This document shows, one piece after another, positions 56,146-64,000 of a stretch of 64,000 nt of DNA (positions are counted from its first letter, which is position 1; every line of letters begins with the position of its first letter). Source of the stretch: Sandaracinaceae bacterium (lineage in GTDB: Bacteria > Myxococcota_A > Polyangia > Polyangiales > Houyiibacteriaceae); contig JADJJE010000001.1 in NCBI GenBank assembly GCA_016706685.1, forward strand, positions 577,575 through 641,574. The letters are read 5' to 3'. The position numbers and the translations under genes were made by a program. The notes under the pieces are model-generated. The model searched no databases. It had not been told where the DNA came from and worked only from the letters and a program-made list of their open reading frames with translations.

Positions 56146-57093
56146 CTAGAGCGCCCCGTCGCCGCCTTCGGTTCGGCGCACCTCGACGCGGCGGTTCGCG
56201 GCGCGCCCCTCCTCGGTGCTGTTCGACTCGAGCGGGAGCTCCTCACCGTAGCCACGCGCGCTGATGCGGTCGGGATCTGCTCCCTCGGCGACGACCAGCT
56301 CGCGTAGGCGCTCAGCGCGGCGCTGCGACTCCGCGAGGTTCTCGAGCTCGGTCCCCTCACTGTCCGTGTGGGCTCCGATCTCGATGCGCATCGCCGGGCG
56401 ATCGCGCAGCGCGCGGGCGAGCGCACGCAGCAGCGGGCGCGTGGGCTCGGCCGGTGCGCCGTCGGTGTCCAACAACAGCGGCCGCAGCAACACGATGCGC
56501 TCGGAGCGGACTACGAGACCCTCGTAGCTTCCTGGGCAGGCGGCGCCCGCTTGCCCTGCCGCTCGCGGACACTCGTCGGCGGAGTCGGGCACCCCGTCCG
56601 CGTCGTGATCGGGGGCGGGCGTGAGCAGCACATCACCCGAAGGGTCGGGCGCGCTCGTGGGATCCGGAGTCCCTACGGGGTCCAGCAGCGGAGCGGCATC
56701 GGGGTCCCCAGGATCATCACCCCCAGGGGCGGCATCCGTGAGGGGCGCGGTGTCGATGGGCGCCTCGCTTTCGCTCGATGCAGGCTCTTCCTCGAGAGGA
56801 GGATGGCCGGAGCAGCGGGCGGCTGGGCTCAGGTAGAGGGCAGCCCCCGCGTTGGGCTCGGCGATGGCCAGGTGCTCCTCCGCCCGGGCGCGCTGACCCC
56901 GCTCGCGCTCGAACGTGGCGAACCCGAGGTGCGCACGCCCGAGTGCCAGCTCTCGCGGCGCGCAGCGCATGGCGCCCGCTTCCTCCGCGCGAGCGAGCGT
57001 GCCCTCGATGGAGACGAAGCGACGCTCCCAGCTGGGGTCTGCGGCACAACCACTCAGCCACAGCGCCACCGCGCATGTCAGCAGCGCCCTCAT
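56146..57093 (-). CDS. OmpA-family lipoprotein with DUF4398-like N-domain
   Basis: ATG 57093 (MRALLTCAVALWLSGC, with a lipobox). A helical segment reads ARAEEAGAMRCAPRELALGRAHLGFA. TSP3-like DHDADGVPDSADEC. OmpA_C reads IEIGAHTDSEGTELENLAESQRRAERLRELVVAEGADPDRISARGYGEE...NRRVEV. ATGA overlap with the upstream small gene. Confidence 0.85.
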   Translation of the reverse strand: MRALLTCAVALWLSGCAADPSWERRFVSIEGTLARAEEAGAMRCAPRELALGRAHLGFATFERERGQRARAEEHLAIAEPNAGAALYLSPAARCSGHPPLEEEPASSESEAPIDTAPLTDAAPGGDDPGDPDAAPLLDPVGTPDPTSAPDPSGDVLLTPAPDHDADGVPDSADECPRAAGQAGAACPGSYEGLVVRSERIVLLRPLLLDTDGAPAEPTRPLLRALARALRDRPAMRIEIGAHTDSEGTELENLAESQRRAERLRELVVAEGADPDRISARGYGEELPLESNSTEEGRAANRRVEVRRTEGGDGAL

Positions 57094-57380
57094 GGCGCGG
57101 TCGTGGCCCCCCGGCTGGTGGCCTCGGCGCGCTCGGCGTGCTCGCGTGCGATGCGGGCGTGGTCCGCTGCGTCTTGGAAGGCCGACTCGGCGGCCTCTTC
57201 GCGAGCCTTGTCGAGGTGCGCCAGGGCAAAGTAGTAGTCGTACGTGGCCAGCTCCTCGGCGCCAGCGTCGTGCGCGCGCTCGACGGCGCGCTCGGCTGGC
57301 CGCATGGACGCGAGGTACAGGCCGGGGCCGCACCCGCCGAGCAGCGCAGCGAGACCGCCGACCCACAGCGTGGCGCACAC
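57090..57380 (-). CDS. Small DUF4398-like lipoprotein
   Basis: C-terminal part of track ORF 57090-58247. In-frame GTG 57380 gives VCATLWVGGLAALLGGCGPG (lipobox), then MRPAERAVERAHDAGAEELATYDYYFALAHLDKAREEAAESAFQDAADHARIAREHAERA. Start uncertain. Confidence 0.5.
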   Translation of the reverse strand: MCATLWVGGLAALLGGCGPGLYLASMRPAERAVERAHDAGAEELATYDYYFALAHLDKAREEAAESAFQDAADHARIAREHAERAEATSRGATTAP

Positions 57381-57436
57381 CCCACGGCCCAGCCGACGAC
57401 GCGCCGCGAGGGCCGTCCGCCCGGGCCTGCCGGTGC

Positions 57437-58144
57437 TCACCCGCGACCTCGGCCCCAGATGACGCGGGCCACCGTCCCCATCAAGCCGAGCACCAGGATG
57501 GACCCCATGAGCCACGCGCTGGGCTGAACGGGCCCGGCCGAGAAGTCGGTGAGGCCGAAGCCGCGCGTGAACTGCGCGTGGGTGCCCACCACCGAGAGCC
57601 GATCGCGCAGCGTGAGCGCGACAGCGGCCGACGCGACCATGGCCACCGCGAGGAGCGCACCGCTGATGGCGTCCCGCTGCGCCCGGGCCAGCGCTGCGGC
57701 GCACGCGAAGCCGAGCAGCCCGACGCCCACCAATAAGATGAAGCCGATCAGGGCGAGCGCGGACGGGATGCGCTGGACATCCACCATGTAGACCAGGAAC
57801 CAGTCTCCGTGGAGCACGTAGAAGTAGATGCCCACGGGCACGACCAGCAGGCTGGCGTAGAGCAACAACGCGGTCGCGCTCGACGTGAGCAACACCGGCC
57901 GCGGGGACACACGGATCTCGGAGCGCCCCGCCAGCGCGATGGCGATGCCCGCCGCGAACACGAAGCAGAGGAGCGAAGGGAGTGGCACGCCCCGAGCTAA
58001 CGCGATGCGGGGCGTTCCCGCAAGTGCCGAGTGGTCGCGGCGCCGGAGCCGGACGAAAGCCCCGGGCCCGGCGGCGGGAGAGCGGCTTGCGGTCGGCTCC
58101 CCCGCTTCCCATGATTCGGGGGAATGCTGCCTCTTCGCTCGCAC
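57437..58144 (-). CDS. Hypothetical integral membrane protein
   Basis: At least five hydrophobic helices (LLCFVFAAGIAIALAG, ALLLYASLLVVPVGIYFYVL, ALALIGFILLVGVGLLGFACAAAL, GALLAVAMVASAAVALTL, AWLMGSILVLGLMGTVA). The start is uncertain (GTG 58144 overlaps the dsbD start region). Confidence 0.5.
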   Translation of the reverse strand: MRAKRQHSPESWEAGEPTASRSPAAGPGAFVRLRRRDHSALAGTPRIALARGVPLPSLLCFVFAAGIAIALAGRSEIRVSPRPVLLTSSATALLLYASLLVVPVGIYFYVLHGDWFLVYMVDVQRIPSALALIGFILLVGVGLLGFACAAALARAQRDAISGALLAVAMVASAAVALTLRDRLSVVGTHAQFTRGFGLTDFSAGPVQPSAWLMGSILVLGLMGTVARVIWGRGRG

Positions 58145-59497
58145 GCCCTACGCCTCGCTGGGGCGCCTTCCCCTCTTCGCCCCGTGGGACGCTCGCTGGT
58201 CGCGCTCGGCGCACTGATGGTGACGTGGCTGGTGGCGGGCGACGCAAACGCCTCGTTCTTGGACGACGTGTCCGAGAGCTACCGCGCGGCGCTCGCCGAA
58301 GGGCGCTACGGGCCAGCGCTGGGCATGACCTACCTGGCCGGCCTGCTGACCGCGCTCACGCCCTGCGTGTACCCGATGATCGCCATCACGGTGAGCATCT
58401 TCGGCGCCCGGCAGAGCGACTCGCGCTGGCGCGCCGCAGGCCTCTCCAGTGCTTATGTGCTCGGCATCGCGGCGCTGTTGACGCCCCTCGGGGTGCTCTC
58501 GGCCCTGGCGGGCTCGCTGTTCGGCGCGTGGACCGGGAACCCGTGGGTGATGGTGCCCATGTCGCTGCTCTTCCTGGTCATGGGCGCCAGCATGTTCGGC
58601 GCGTTCGACCTGGCGCTGCCCACCAGTGTCCAGACGCGCCTGTCGCAGTCCGGCGGCGTGGGCTTCAAGGGGGCCTTCGTCATGGGCTTGGTCAGCGGCC
58701 TGATCGCGGCCCCGTGCGCGGGCCCCGTCATCAGCGCGCTCTTGGCCTACGTGAGCACCACGCGCGACGCCACCTTCGGCGCGCTGAGCATGTTCACGTA
58801 CTCCATCGGGCTCGGCACGCTGTTCTTCGCGGTGGGCACGTTCGCGCTGTCGCTGCCCAAGACGGGCCGCTGGGTGGACGCGGTCAAGAGCGTGTTCGGG
58901 CTGGTGATGGTCATCATGGCCATCTACTTCGTGCGCGACATCCTGCGCCTGCCGGCGCCCGTGACGCGCGACGTCCGCTGGCTGTACGCGGGGGCCGCCA
59001 TGATCCCGGTCGGCGCGCTGCTGGGGGCCATCCACCTGTCCTTCAAAGAGGGCGCCTGGCACCAGCGGGCGCGCAAGGGCGTGGGGGTGCTGCTGATCAC
59101 GCTCGGCGCGCTGGCCCTGATCCGGCACCAGGAGGCGCTGCCGGAGGGCGCGCAGATCACGTGGGAGACCGACTACACGGCCGCGCGGACGCAGGCGCAG
59201 CAGAGCGGGCTGCCGCTGCTGGTGGACTTCGGGGCGGACTGGTGCTCCGCGTGCCGCGAGCTCGACCACATGGCCCTCAGCGACGCGCGCGTGGTGTCCG
59301 AGGCGCGGCGCTTCGTGGCGGTGCGCATCGACCTCTCGGACGCCAGCGACGACGTGGCCCAGGGCCACCTGCGCAGCTACGGCCAGTCCGGCCTGCCCTT
59401 CGTGGTGATGCACCACGCGGACGGCTCCGAGGGCCCGCGCGTCACCGCGCCGATGCAGGCCGAGCCGTTCCTGGACTTGATGCGCGCCGTGCGTTGA
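58124..59497 (+). CDS. dsbD: Thiol:disulfide interchange protein DsbD-like (CcdA-type membrane core plus C-terminal thioredoxin domain)
   Basis: LTPCVYPMI and AAPCAGPVI membrane cysteines; C-terminal LVDFGADWCSACRELD. Confidence 0.85.
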   Translation: MLPLRSHALRLAGAPSPLRPVGRSLVALGALMVTWLVAGDANASFLDDVSESYRAALAEGRYGPALGMTYLAGLLTALTPCVYPMIAITVSIFGARQSDSRWRAAGLSSAYVLGIAALLTPLGVLSALAGSLFGAWTGNPWVMVPMSLLFLVMGASMFGAFDLALPTSVQTRLSQSGGVGFKGAFVMGLVSGLIAAPCAGPVISALLAYVSTTRDATFGALSMFTYSIGLGTLFFAVGTFALSLPKTGRWVDAVKSVFGLVMVIMAIYFVRDILRLPAPVTRDVRWLYAGAAMIPVGALLGAIHLSFKEGAWHQRARKGVGVLLITLGALALIRHQEALPEGAQITWETDYTAARTQAQQSGLPLLVDFGADWCSACRELDHMALSDARVVSEARRFVAVRIDLSDASDDVAQGHLRSYGQSGLPFVVMHHADGSEGPRVTAPMQAEPFLDLMRAVR

Positions 59498-59540
59498 CGG
59501 TGGCGGTTCCGCCGGTGAGCAGGCATCCTCCGGCGGCGCC

Positions 59541-60488
59541 ATGATCGACCCTCGCAAGACCTACGTCATCGCCAACCCCGCCGGACGCGGCGGCTGGGTG
59601 GGCCTCAATTGGCATCGCTTGAGCGACGAGATCCGCGCCGTGCTGGGCGCAGACGTGCAGTTCCTGCAGACGCAGAGCATCGGTGACGGCGTGCGCTGTG
59701 CGCGTGAGGCCGTGGAGGCCGGCGCCACCACGCTCGTCTCGTTCGGCGGCGACGGCACCCACAGCGAAGTGGCCGACGGCATCATGCGCGCGAGCGCGGG
59801 CCAGAAGGTCTCGCTGGGCATCCTGCACGCCGGCACGGGCGGAGACTTCCGGCGCATGCTGCACGCGTCGGACGACCTCGGCGCGGCGTGTCGCGTCATC
59901 GCCGAGAGCGAGCCCGTGAGCGTGGACTGCGGCTGGGTGGAGTACGTGACGGAGAGCGGCGAGTCGCGCGGCAGGCACTTCCTCAACATCGCGACCACCG
60001 GCATTGGTGGGCTGGTGGACCGCTTCGTGAACGAGTCCAAACACCGCTTGAGGGGCGGCGCGGCCTACGCCCTGGCCACCCTGCGCGCCAACATGGTCTA
60101 CAAGCCGGCCGAGGTCACCATCGAGGTGGACTCGGAGAACGTGGGCACCTACCGGGTCTCGGCGGTGGGCGTGTGCAACGGGCGCTGGTGCGGCGGCGGC
60201 ATGATGCTGGCGCCCAACGCGCGCCTGCAAGACGGCCTGCTGGACGTGGTGGTGCTGGAAGCGGCCAGCACGCTGCGCTCGCTGCCGGTGTTGCAGGGGG
60301 TCTACAAGGGGACGCACACGCGCTCGCGGCTGGTGCACGTGTTCCAGGGGCAGCGCGTGCGCGTCACTCCGCACAAGAACACCGCGTACATGGACATCGA
60401 CGGTGAGGCCCCCGGCATCGCCCCCGCGTCGTTCCAGGTGCGCCAGAAGGCGCTACGCGTCCACGGCGTGCGGCCGGAGTTCGTCTGA
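59541..60488 (+). CDS. Diacylglycerol kinase-family lipid kinase (YegS/BmrU-like)
   Basis: VIANPAGRGG, LVSFGGDGTHSEVADGI, LGILHAGTGGDF, and the C-terminal MDIDGE. Confidence 0.88.
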   Translation: MIDPRKTYVIANPAGRGGWVGLNWHRLSDEIRAVLGADVQFLQTQSIGDGVRCAREAVEAGATTLVSFGGDGTHSEVADGIMRASAGQKVSLGILHAGTGGDFRRMLHASDDLGAACRVIAESEPVSVDCGWVEYVTESGESRGRHFLNIATTGIGGLVDRFVNESKHRLRGGAAYALATLRANMVYKPAEVTIEVDSENVGTYRVSAVGVCNGRWCGGGMMLAPNARLQDGLLDVVVLEAASTLRSLPVLQGVYKGTHTRSRLVHVFQGQRVRVTPHKNTAYMDIDGEAPGIAPASFQVRQKALRVHGVRPEFV

Positions 60489-60956
60489 GTGCTGCGCCGG
60501 CTGCGCGGGTCTCTCACCAGACGCGTGGCGCTCGCCATGCCACTCTTGCTGCTGGGCTGCCTGCACGGCAACAACGCCCCGAGCGGTGAGGTGGAGGTGC
60601 GCGTCACGCGCGACACCGAGGGCTTCGTGGTCAGCTGGCCCGCAGGGCGCGCCGTCGAGGTCCAAGTGGGCCGCTGCGCCGCCGTGTGCGACGAGCGCGT
60701 GTTGATCGACCCCACCTCGGAGTTCTCGGAGCTGGTGCCCGAGCCCGAGTTCGCGGATCTCACGTGGCACGTCACGGTGCCCGACGGTGCGCTGTCGCCG
60801 CTGCGAGTAGGGCTCACACCCGCGGGCGGCACGGTGATCGTGCCGTTCGAGGAGCCCGCCACCGAGACGGGGACGTGGGCAGTGTTCGTGGTGGTGGAGA
60901 GCCCACGTGGCGATGACGTGCTCACGCAGACGGGCGTGGCGCTGCTGCCTCCGTAG
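60489..60956 (+). CDS. Hypothetical lipoprotein
   Basis: GTG 60489 immediately follows the kinase stop. Signal/lipobox VALAMPLLLLGC. No recognised domain. Confidence 0.55.
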   Translation: MLRRLRGSLTRRVALAMPLLLLGCLHGNNAPSGEVEVRVTRDTEGFVVSWPAGRAVEVQVGRCAAVCDERVLIDPTSEFSELVPEPEFADLTWHVTVPDGALSPLRVGLTPAGGTVIVPFEEPATETGTWAVFVVVESPRGDDVLTQTGVALLPP

Positions 60957-61164
60957 AGGCGGGAGAGGCCGTCGGTGGACTCTTCGCGGGGTCGGTGGTG
61001 CGCCGCTCCAAGGCCCGACAGCGCGCGCCCCGGTCATGGCCATCCAGCGTCTTGGTGGGCGGACTCTACAGCGACGGCGCCTTCATCGCAGATCGGTGCC
61101 CCGTGAGCTTCGCGCCATTCGTGGAGGCCCTACGGGCGACGGAATCGACTTGCGGCAGCGCCCG

Positions 61165-63138
61165 CTAAGGACGCAGCCGCAGCACGTAGATGTCCTCGCG
61201 CCCCAAGCCGGTTTCATGGGGCACGGCGCCGTTCACTCCGCCGAGCACCCGCACGCGGCCGGCTGCGTCGACGGCAATATCCCGAGGCACGAACCAGTCG
61301 ACGGCGAACTGCTCGGTCCGGGTCAGCGACTCACTGTCGTCGTACCACTGCACGAACCCGCCGGGCACGCTGCCCCCGGTGACCGGTGCTTGCGAGGAGC
61401 TCCCCGCGATGACCACGCCCCCCGTCAGGTCGGGCGCCATCCACAGGTTGCGTGACCCCACCGTGCCAGGGTCGGTGTACATGTGGAGCAGGGTGCCGTC
61501 TGGCGCGTAGCGCACCAGCGCGATCGCATCAGCGGCTCCCGTGCGGGCAGCGAGCGCCACGATGTCGCCGTCGGAGGTGAGGACCACGGCCACCCCCACG
61601 TCGCTACCGTCGGTGCCGAACTGCCGCGCCCAGAGCGTGGTGCCGTCGGTGTCGAGCTTCAGGAGGTACGCGTCGCGCGCGCCGAGCTGTGTTTGGCCCG
61701 CCAGCACGGCCGCGCCGGGCAGCTCCCCCGTGATGTAGGCCGCCCCGGTGGCATCGACCACGACGCCGTTGGCCGCGTCGCTACCGGCATTCCCGAAGCC
61801 CATCTGCCGGGTCCAGCGCTCGTTCCCGTCGGTGTCGTAGACGCGCACGTAGGTGTCCGGCGCGTCCACCGCCATCTGCCCCGGGAGCACACCGTAGGTC
61901 CTGCCCACGATCCACACGTCACCCGTGGGCCCCACCGCGATGTCGTACACGTAGTCGGAGGTCGACGTGCCGAACTGCCGCGTCCACAGCACCGCTCCCG
62001 TAGACGCGTACTTCCGGACGAACACGTCGTCCACCCCGTTGGCCACCTGACCCGGCAAGGCAGCCGTGTGCACGTCCCCCGCGACGTAGACGGTGCCACC
62101 AGGTCCCACCGCCACGGCGTCGACCGCGTCGAAGCTGGCAGTCCCGAACTGGTCAGCCCACGTGACCACCCCGCCTGGGCCAGCGGCGACCACGGCGGCG
62201 TCGGACATCCCCAAGTGCGTGAAGCCGGGATAGGCCCCCTCGTCGATCGCCGCGCCGAAGCGCATCGACCCGTCGGGCAAGACCACGAACGAAGACGCGC
62301 TGTCGCGATGGGCGGTCCCGAACACGTCCACGTGATCCCACGGGGTGTCCGTGCACACCCGGTCGCGGTAACTCGTGGGGGGGGAGGCTTCGATCGTGTC
62401 GGGTGCTGGGCACTCGGTCCACGCCGTGCACGCCCTGGAGTTCGGACCGACCGCGAACGTGCCCTGAACACAGGCTTCGCACGTACGGTTCGTGGTGGCG
62501 CTGCCGTCGTCGAGCACCGTGAACCCGCCGACACACCGGTAGCGCTCCTGGCAGGTCGTCTCGGGATCGCCGTCGTGGTCCCAGGTGTCGTCCACGTCGC
62601 CGCACACGACGGCGGCAGCCGACCCGCCCTCGCAGTACGTGCCCGCGTCGCACGCGGCGCAGACGGGCGCGGAGCTCGAGGTCCCCGCCTGCACGAGTAC
62701 CGTGCCCGCCACGCACGTCTCGCTGCGCTCGCAGCCGGTGCTGTTGACGCCGACCGAGTAGTATCCGGGTCGGCACGGCAGACAGTCACGGTCCGTCACC
62801 GCGTCGCCGAGCGCCACCTGATACTCCCCCGGCGCGCACTGCGTCCACGACGCGCAGCGGTCGGCGTTCTCGGTGGTGCTGAACGACCCGCTCCCGCATG
62901 GAGCGCAGCTGCGATCGCTCACTGGACGGGGTGCCTGGCTAACGTAGGTCCCCGGCGCGCACGATGTCCACGGCTGGCAATCGACGTCTGAGCCCGGGTC
63001 CGAGTCGAAGAAGCCGACACCGCAGGGGTCGTGGACGGCCGCGTCGTCCGGCGTGGCGGGTGGGTCCCCACAACCGAGTACGAGCGCGGCGAACAGCAAC
63101 GGCCCCATGAAGGCTCTGGGTCTCGAATGTGAAGACAT
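61165..63138 (-). CDS. Lipoprotein with TNFR/ephrin-receptor-like cysteine-rich repeats followed by SBBP beta-propeller repeats
   Basis: Lipobox LLFAALVLGCG. Repeated C..W..C.PG.Y....DR.C..C..G.F modules (CQPWTSCAPGTYVSQ...CAPCGSGSFS, CASWTQCAPGEYQV...CLPCRPGYYS, CTAWTEC...). These are followed by about 6 repeats of the type WTRQFGTSTSDYVYDIAVGPTGDVWIVGRTYGVLPGQ...DTYVRVYDTDGNERW, typical of SBBP repeats. Confidence 0.8.
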   Translation of the reverse strand: MSSHSRPRAFMGPLLFAALVLGCGDPPATPDDAAVHDPCGVGFFDSDPGSDVDCQPWTSCAPGTYVSQAPRPVSDRSCAPCGSGSFSTTENADRCASWTQCAPGEYQVALGDAVTDRDCLPCRPGYYSVGVNSTGCERSETCVAGTVLVQAGTSSSAPVCAACDAGTYCEGGSAAAVVCGDVDDTWDHDGDPETTCQERYRCVGGFTVLDDGSATTNRTCEACVQGTFAVGPNSRACTAWTECPAPDTIEASPPTSYRDRVCTDTPWDHVDVFGTAHRDSASSFVVLPDGSMRFGAAIDEGAYPGFTHLGMSDAAVVAAGPGGVVTWADQFGTASFDAVDAVAVGPGGTVYVAGDVHTAALPGQVANGVDDVFVRKYASTGAVLWTRQFGTSTSDYVYDIAVGPTGDVWIVGRTYGVLPGQMAVDAPDTYVRVYDTDGNERWTRQMGFGNAGSDAANGVVVDATGAAYITGELPGAAVLAGQTQLGARDAYLLKLDTDGTTLWARQFGTDGSDVGVAVVLTSDGDIVALAARTGAADAIALVRYAPDGTLLHMYTDPGTVGSRNLWMAPDLTGGVVIAGSSSQAPVTGGSVPGGFVQWYDDSESLTRTEQFAVDWFVPRDIAVDAAGRVRVLGGVNGAVPHETGLGREDIYVLRLRP

Positions 63139-63195
63139 GCGCTTCCTCCTCGGCTCCGCGGGTGTACGCGGTAGGGACGCCCGCCGTCAACCAGT

Positions 63196-63360
63196 GGTGC
63201 ACCCATGGACCCGCGAGCTGCCGCACTGCGTCGGCACCTTGAACGCGCGCCTCATGAGCTACGCCGGCGAAGCCGTGACCTTCGCCACCGAGGACGGCCT
63301 CAGCTGCACCCTGAACGCGGTGGACTTCCTGGGCCGCCTCTTCACACACCACGTTGGAAT
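63196..63360 (+). pseudogene. Short relic resembling the core of an IS91-family (Y2) transposase
   Basis: The frame of track ORF 63053-63613 reads ...GTLNARLMSYAGEAVTFATEDGLSCTLNAVDFLGRLFTHHV. This resembles the conserved IS91/IS801 segment ...ISNSRLLS.D.G.VTF.YKD......TL.A.EFIRRFLLHVLP. Only about 40 aa are recognisable, with no intact ORF or ends. Confidence 0.35.
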
Positions 63361-63399
63361 GACTCACAATTCCTATGGATCATGCTACGTTACGGCCCA

Positions 63400-64000
63400 A
63401 TGCAACGTCTCCTCGCGCTCCTCGTGCTCGCCTCCTTCGCCTTCACCAACGCTCGCGCCGACGCGCAGTGCGTCCCGTCTCCCGAAGTCTGCGACGGCGC
63501 CGACAACGACTGTGATGAACAAGTGGACAACCCACCATTCGCCGACGCTCCCTCGGCGGGCCAGGCTGGTTGCTGGAACCAAGCTGGGAACTGCTGCTCC
63601 TTCTCGAACCTGAATTGGTGCCCGCCGTCTGGCGCGAGCTGCGGCGGCACGGGTGTGCTCTCGTCGCCGTGCGCGGCCGGGACGATCACGTGTGACGAAG
63701 GGGCATGGACGTGTGCCAACGTCCAGCGACCTCTGCCCGAGGTCTGTGACGGCTCGGACAACGACTGCAACGGCGTTGCGGACGACGGCACGGAGGCCGG
63801 CACCAGCTGCATGTCGGGCGTCGGGGCATGCGCGGCGATGGGCGTGCTCGAGTGCAGCATGACGGGCGCCTCCTGCTCCGCGGATCCAGGCCTGCCTGGC
63901 ACCGAGCTGTGTGGAAACGACGTCGACGACGACTGCAACGGCATGGTCGATGAAGGCTTCACGATTGGCGCCTCGTGCACGGTTGGCGTTGGCGCCTGCC
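63400..64000 (+). CDS. Secreted cysteine-rich protein with MopE-like putative metal-binding repeats (CxDxxDNDC), 5' portion; continues past window end
   Basis: Absent from the track because there is no stop in the window. ATG 63400 gives MQRLLALLVLASFAFTNARA (signal peptide), then EVCDGADNDCDEQVDN, EVCDGSDNDCNGVADDG, ELCGNDVDDDCNGMVDEGF. Track ORF 63390-63980 (-) is its antisense shadow. Confidence 0.8.
   Translation, partial: MQRLLALLVLASFAFTNARADAQCVPSPEVCDGADNDCDEQVDNPPFADAPSAGQAGCWNQAGNCCSFSNLNWCPPSGASCGGTGVLSSPCAAGTITCDEGAWTCANVQRPLPEVCDGSDNDCNGVADDGTEAGTSCMSGVGACAAMGVLECSMTGASCSADPGLPGTELCGNDVDDDCNGMVDEGFTIGASCTVGVGAC

Overview
Very GC-rich bacterial chromosomal segment, so most long antisense or alternate-frame ORFs in the track are shadow ORFs. 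It is almost certainly Myxococcota: two proteins end in textbook MYXO-CTERM tags, and DAG-type low-complexity repeats and MopE-like CxDxDNDC repeats are present. Most of the window is core housekeeping. On the minus strand: tilS-ftsH-folP-cdaA-cdaR, yajC-secD-secF-recJ, dnaG-rpoD-tRNA(CAU), and a tamB-like/Omp85 pair. On the plus strand: ilvE, nadC-birA, ygfZ-radical SAM, an RpoH-like sigma factor, dsbD and a lipid kinase. erpA lies on the minus strand. Accessory-looking parts are: 3.9-12.3 kb (orphan protein, HTTM membrane enzyme with a coupled partner, PH-like membrane protein, giant MYXO-CTERM surface protein and a divergent beta-helix MYXO-CTERM protein); 40-42.7 kb (repeats, broken Grx/GST-like gene); and 61-64 kb (Cys-rich secreted proteins around an IS91-like transposase relic). 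I found no CRISPR array, prophage, intact mobile element or recognisable defence system. The most unusual signal is a pair of inverted ~140-165 nt hairpin-forming elements (41.1 kb and 42.6 kb) whose differences preserve base pairing. They bracket one gene next to tRNA(CAU). A second notable signal: four genes (secF, tamB-like twice, Grx/GST-like) are interrupted by single-base frameshifts in short G/C runs. This more likely reflects assembly indels than biology, apart from possibly the G9 tract. All calls come from reading translations and motifs by eye. No database search was run, and many start codons are uncertain.
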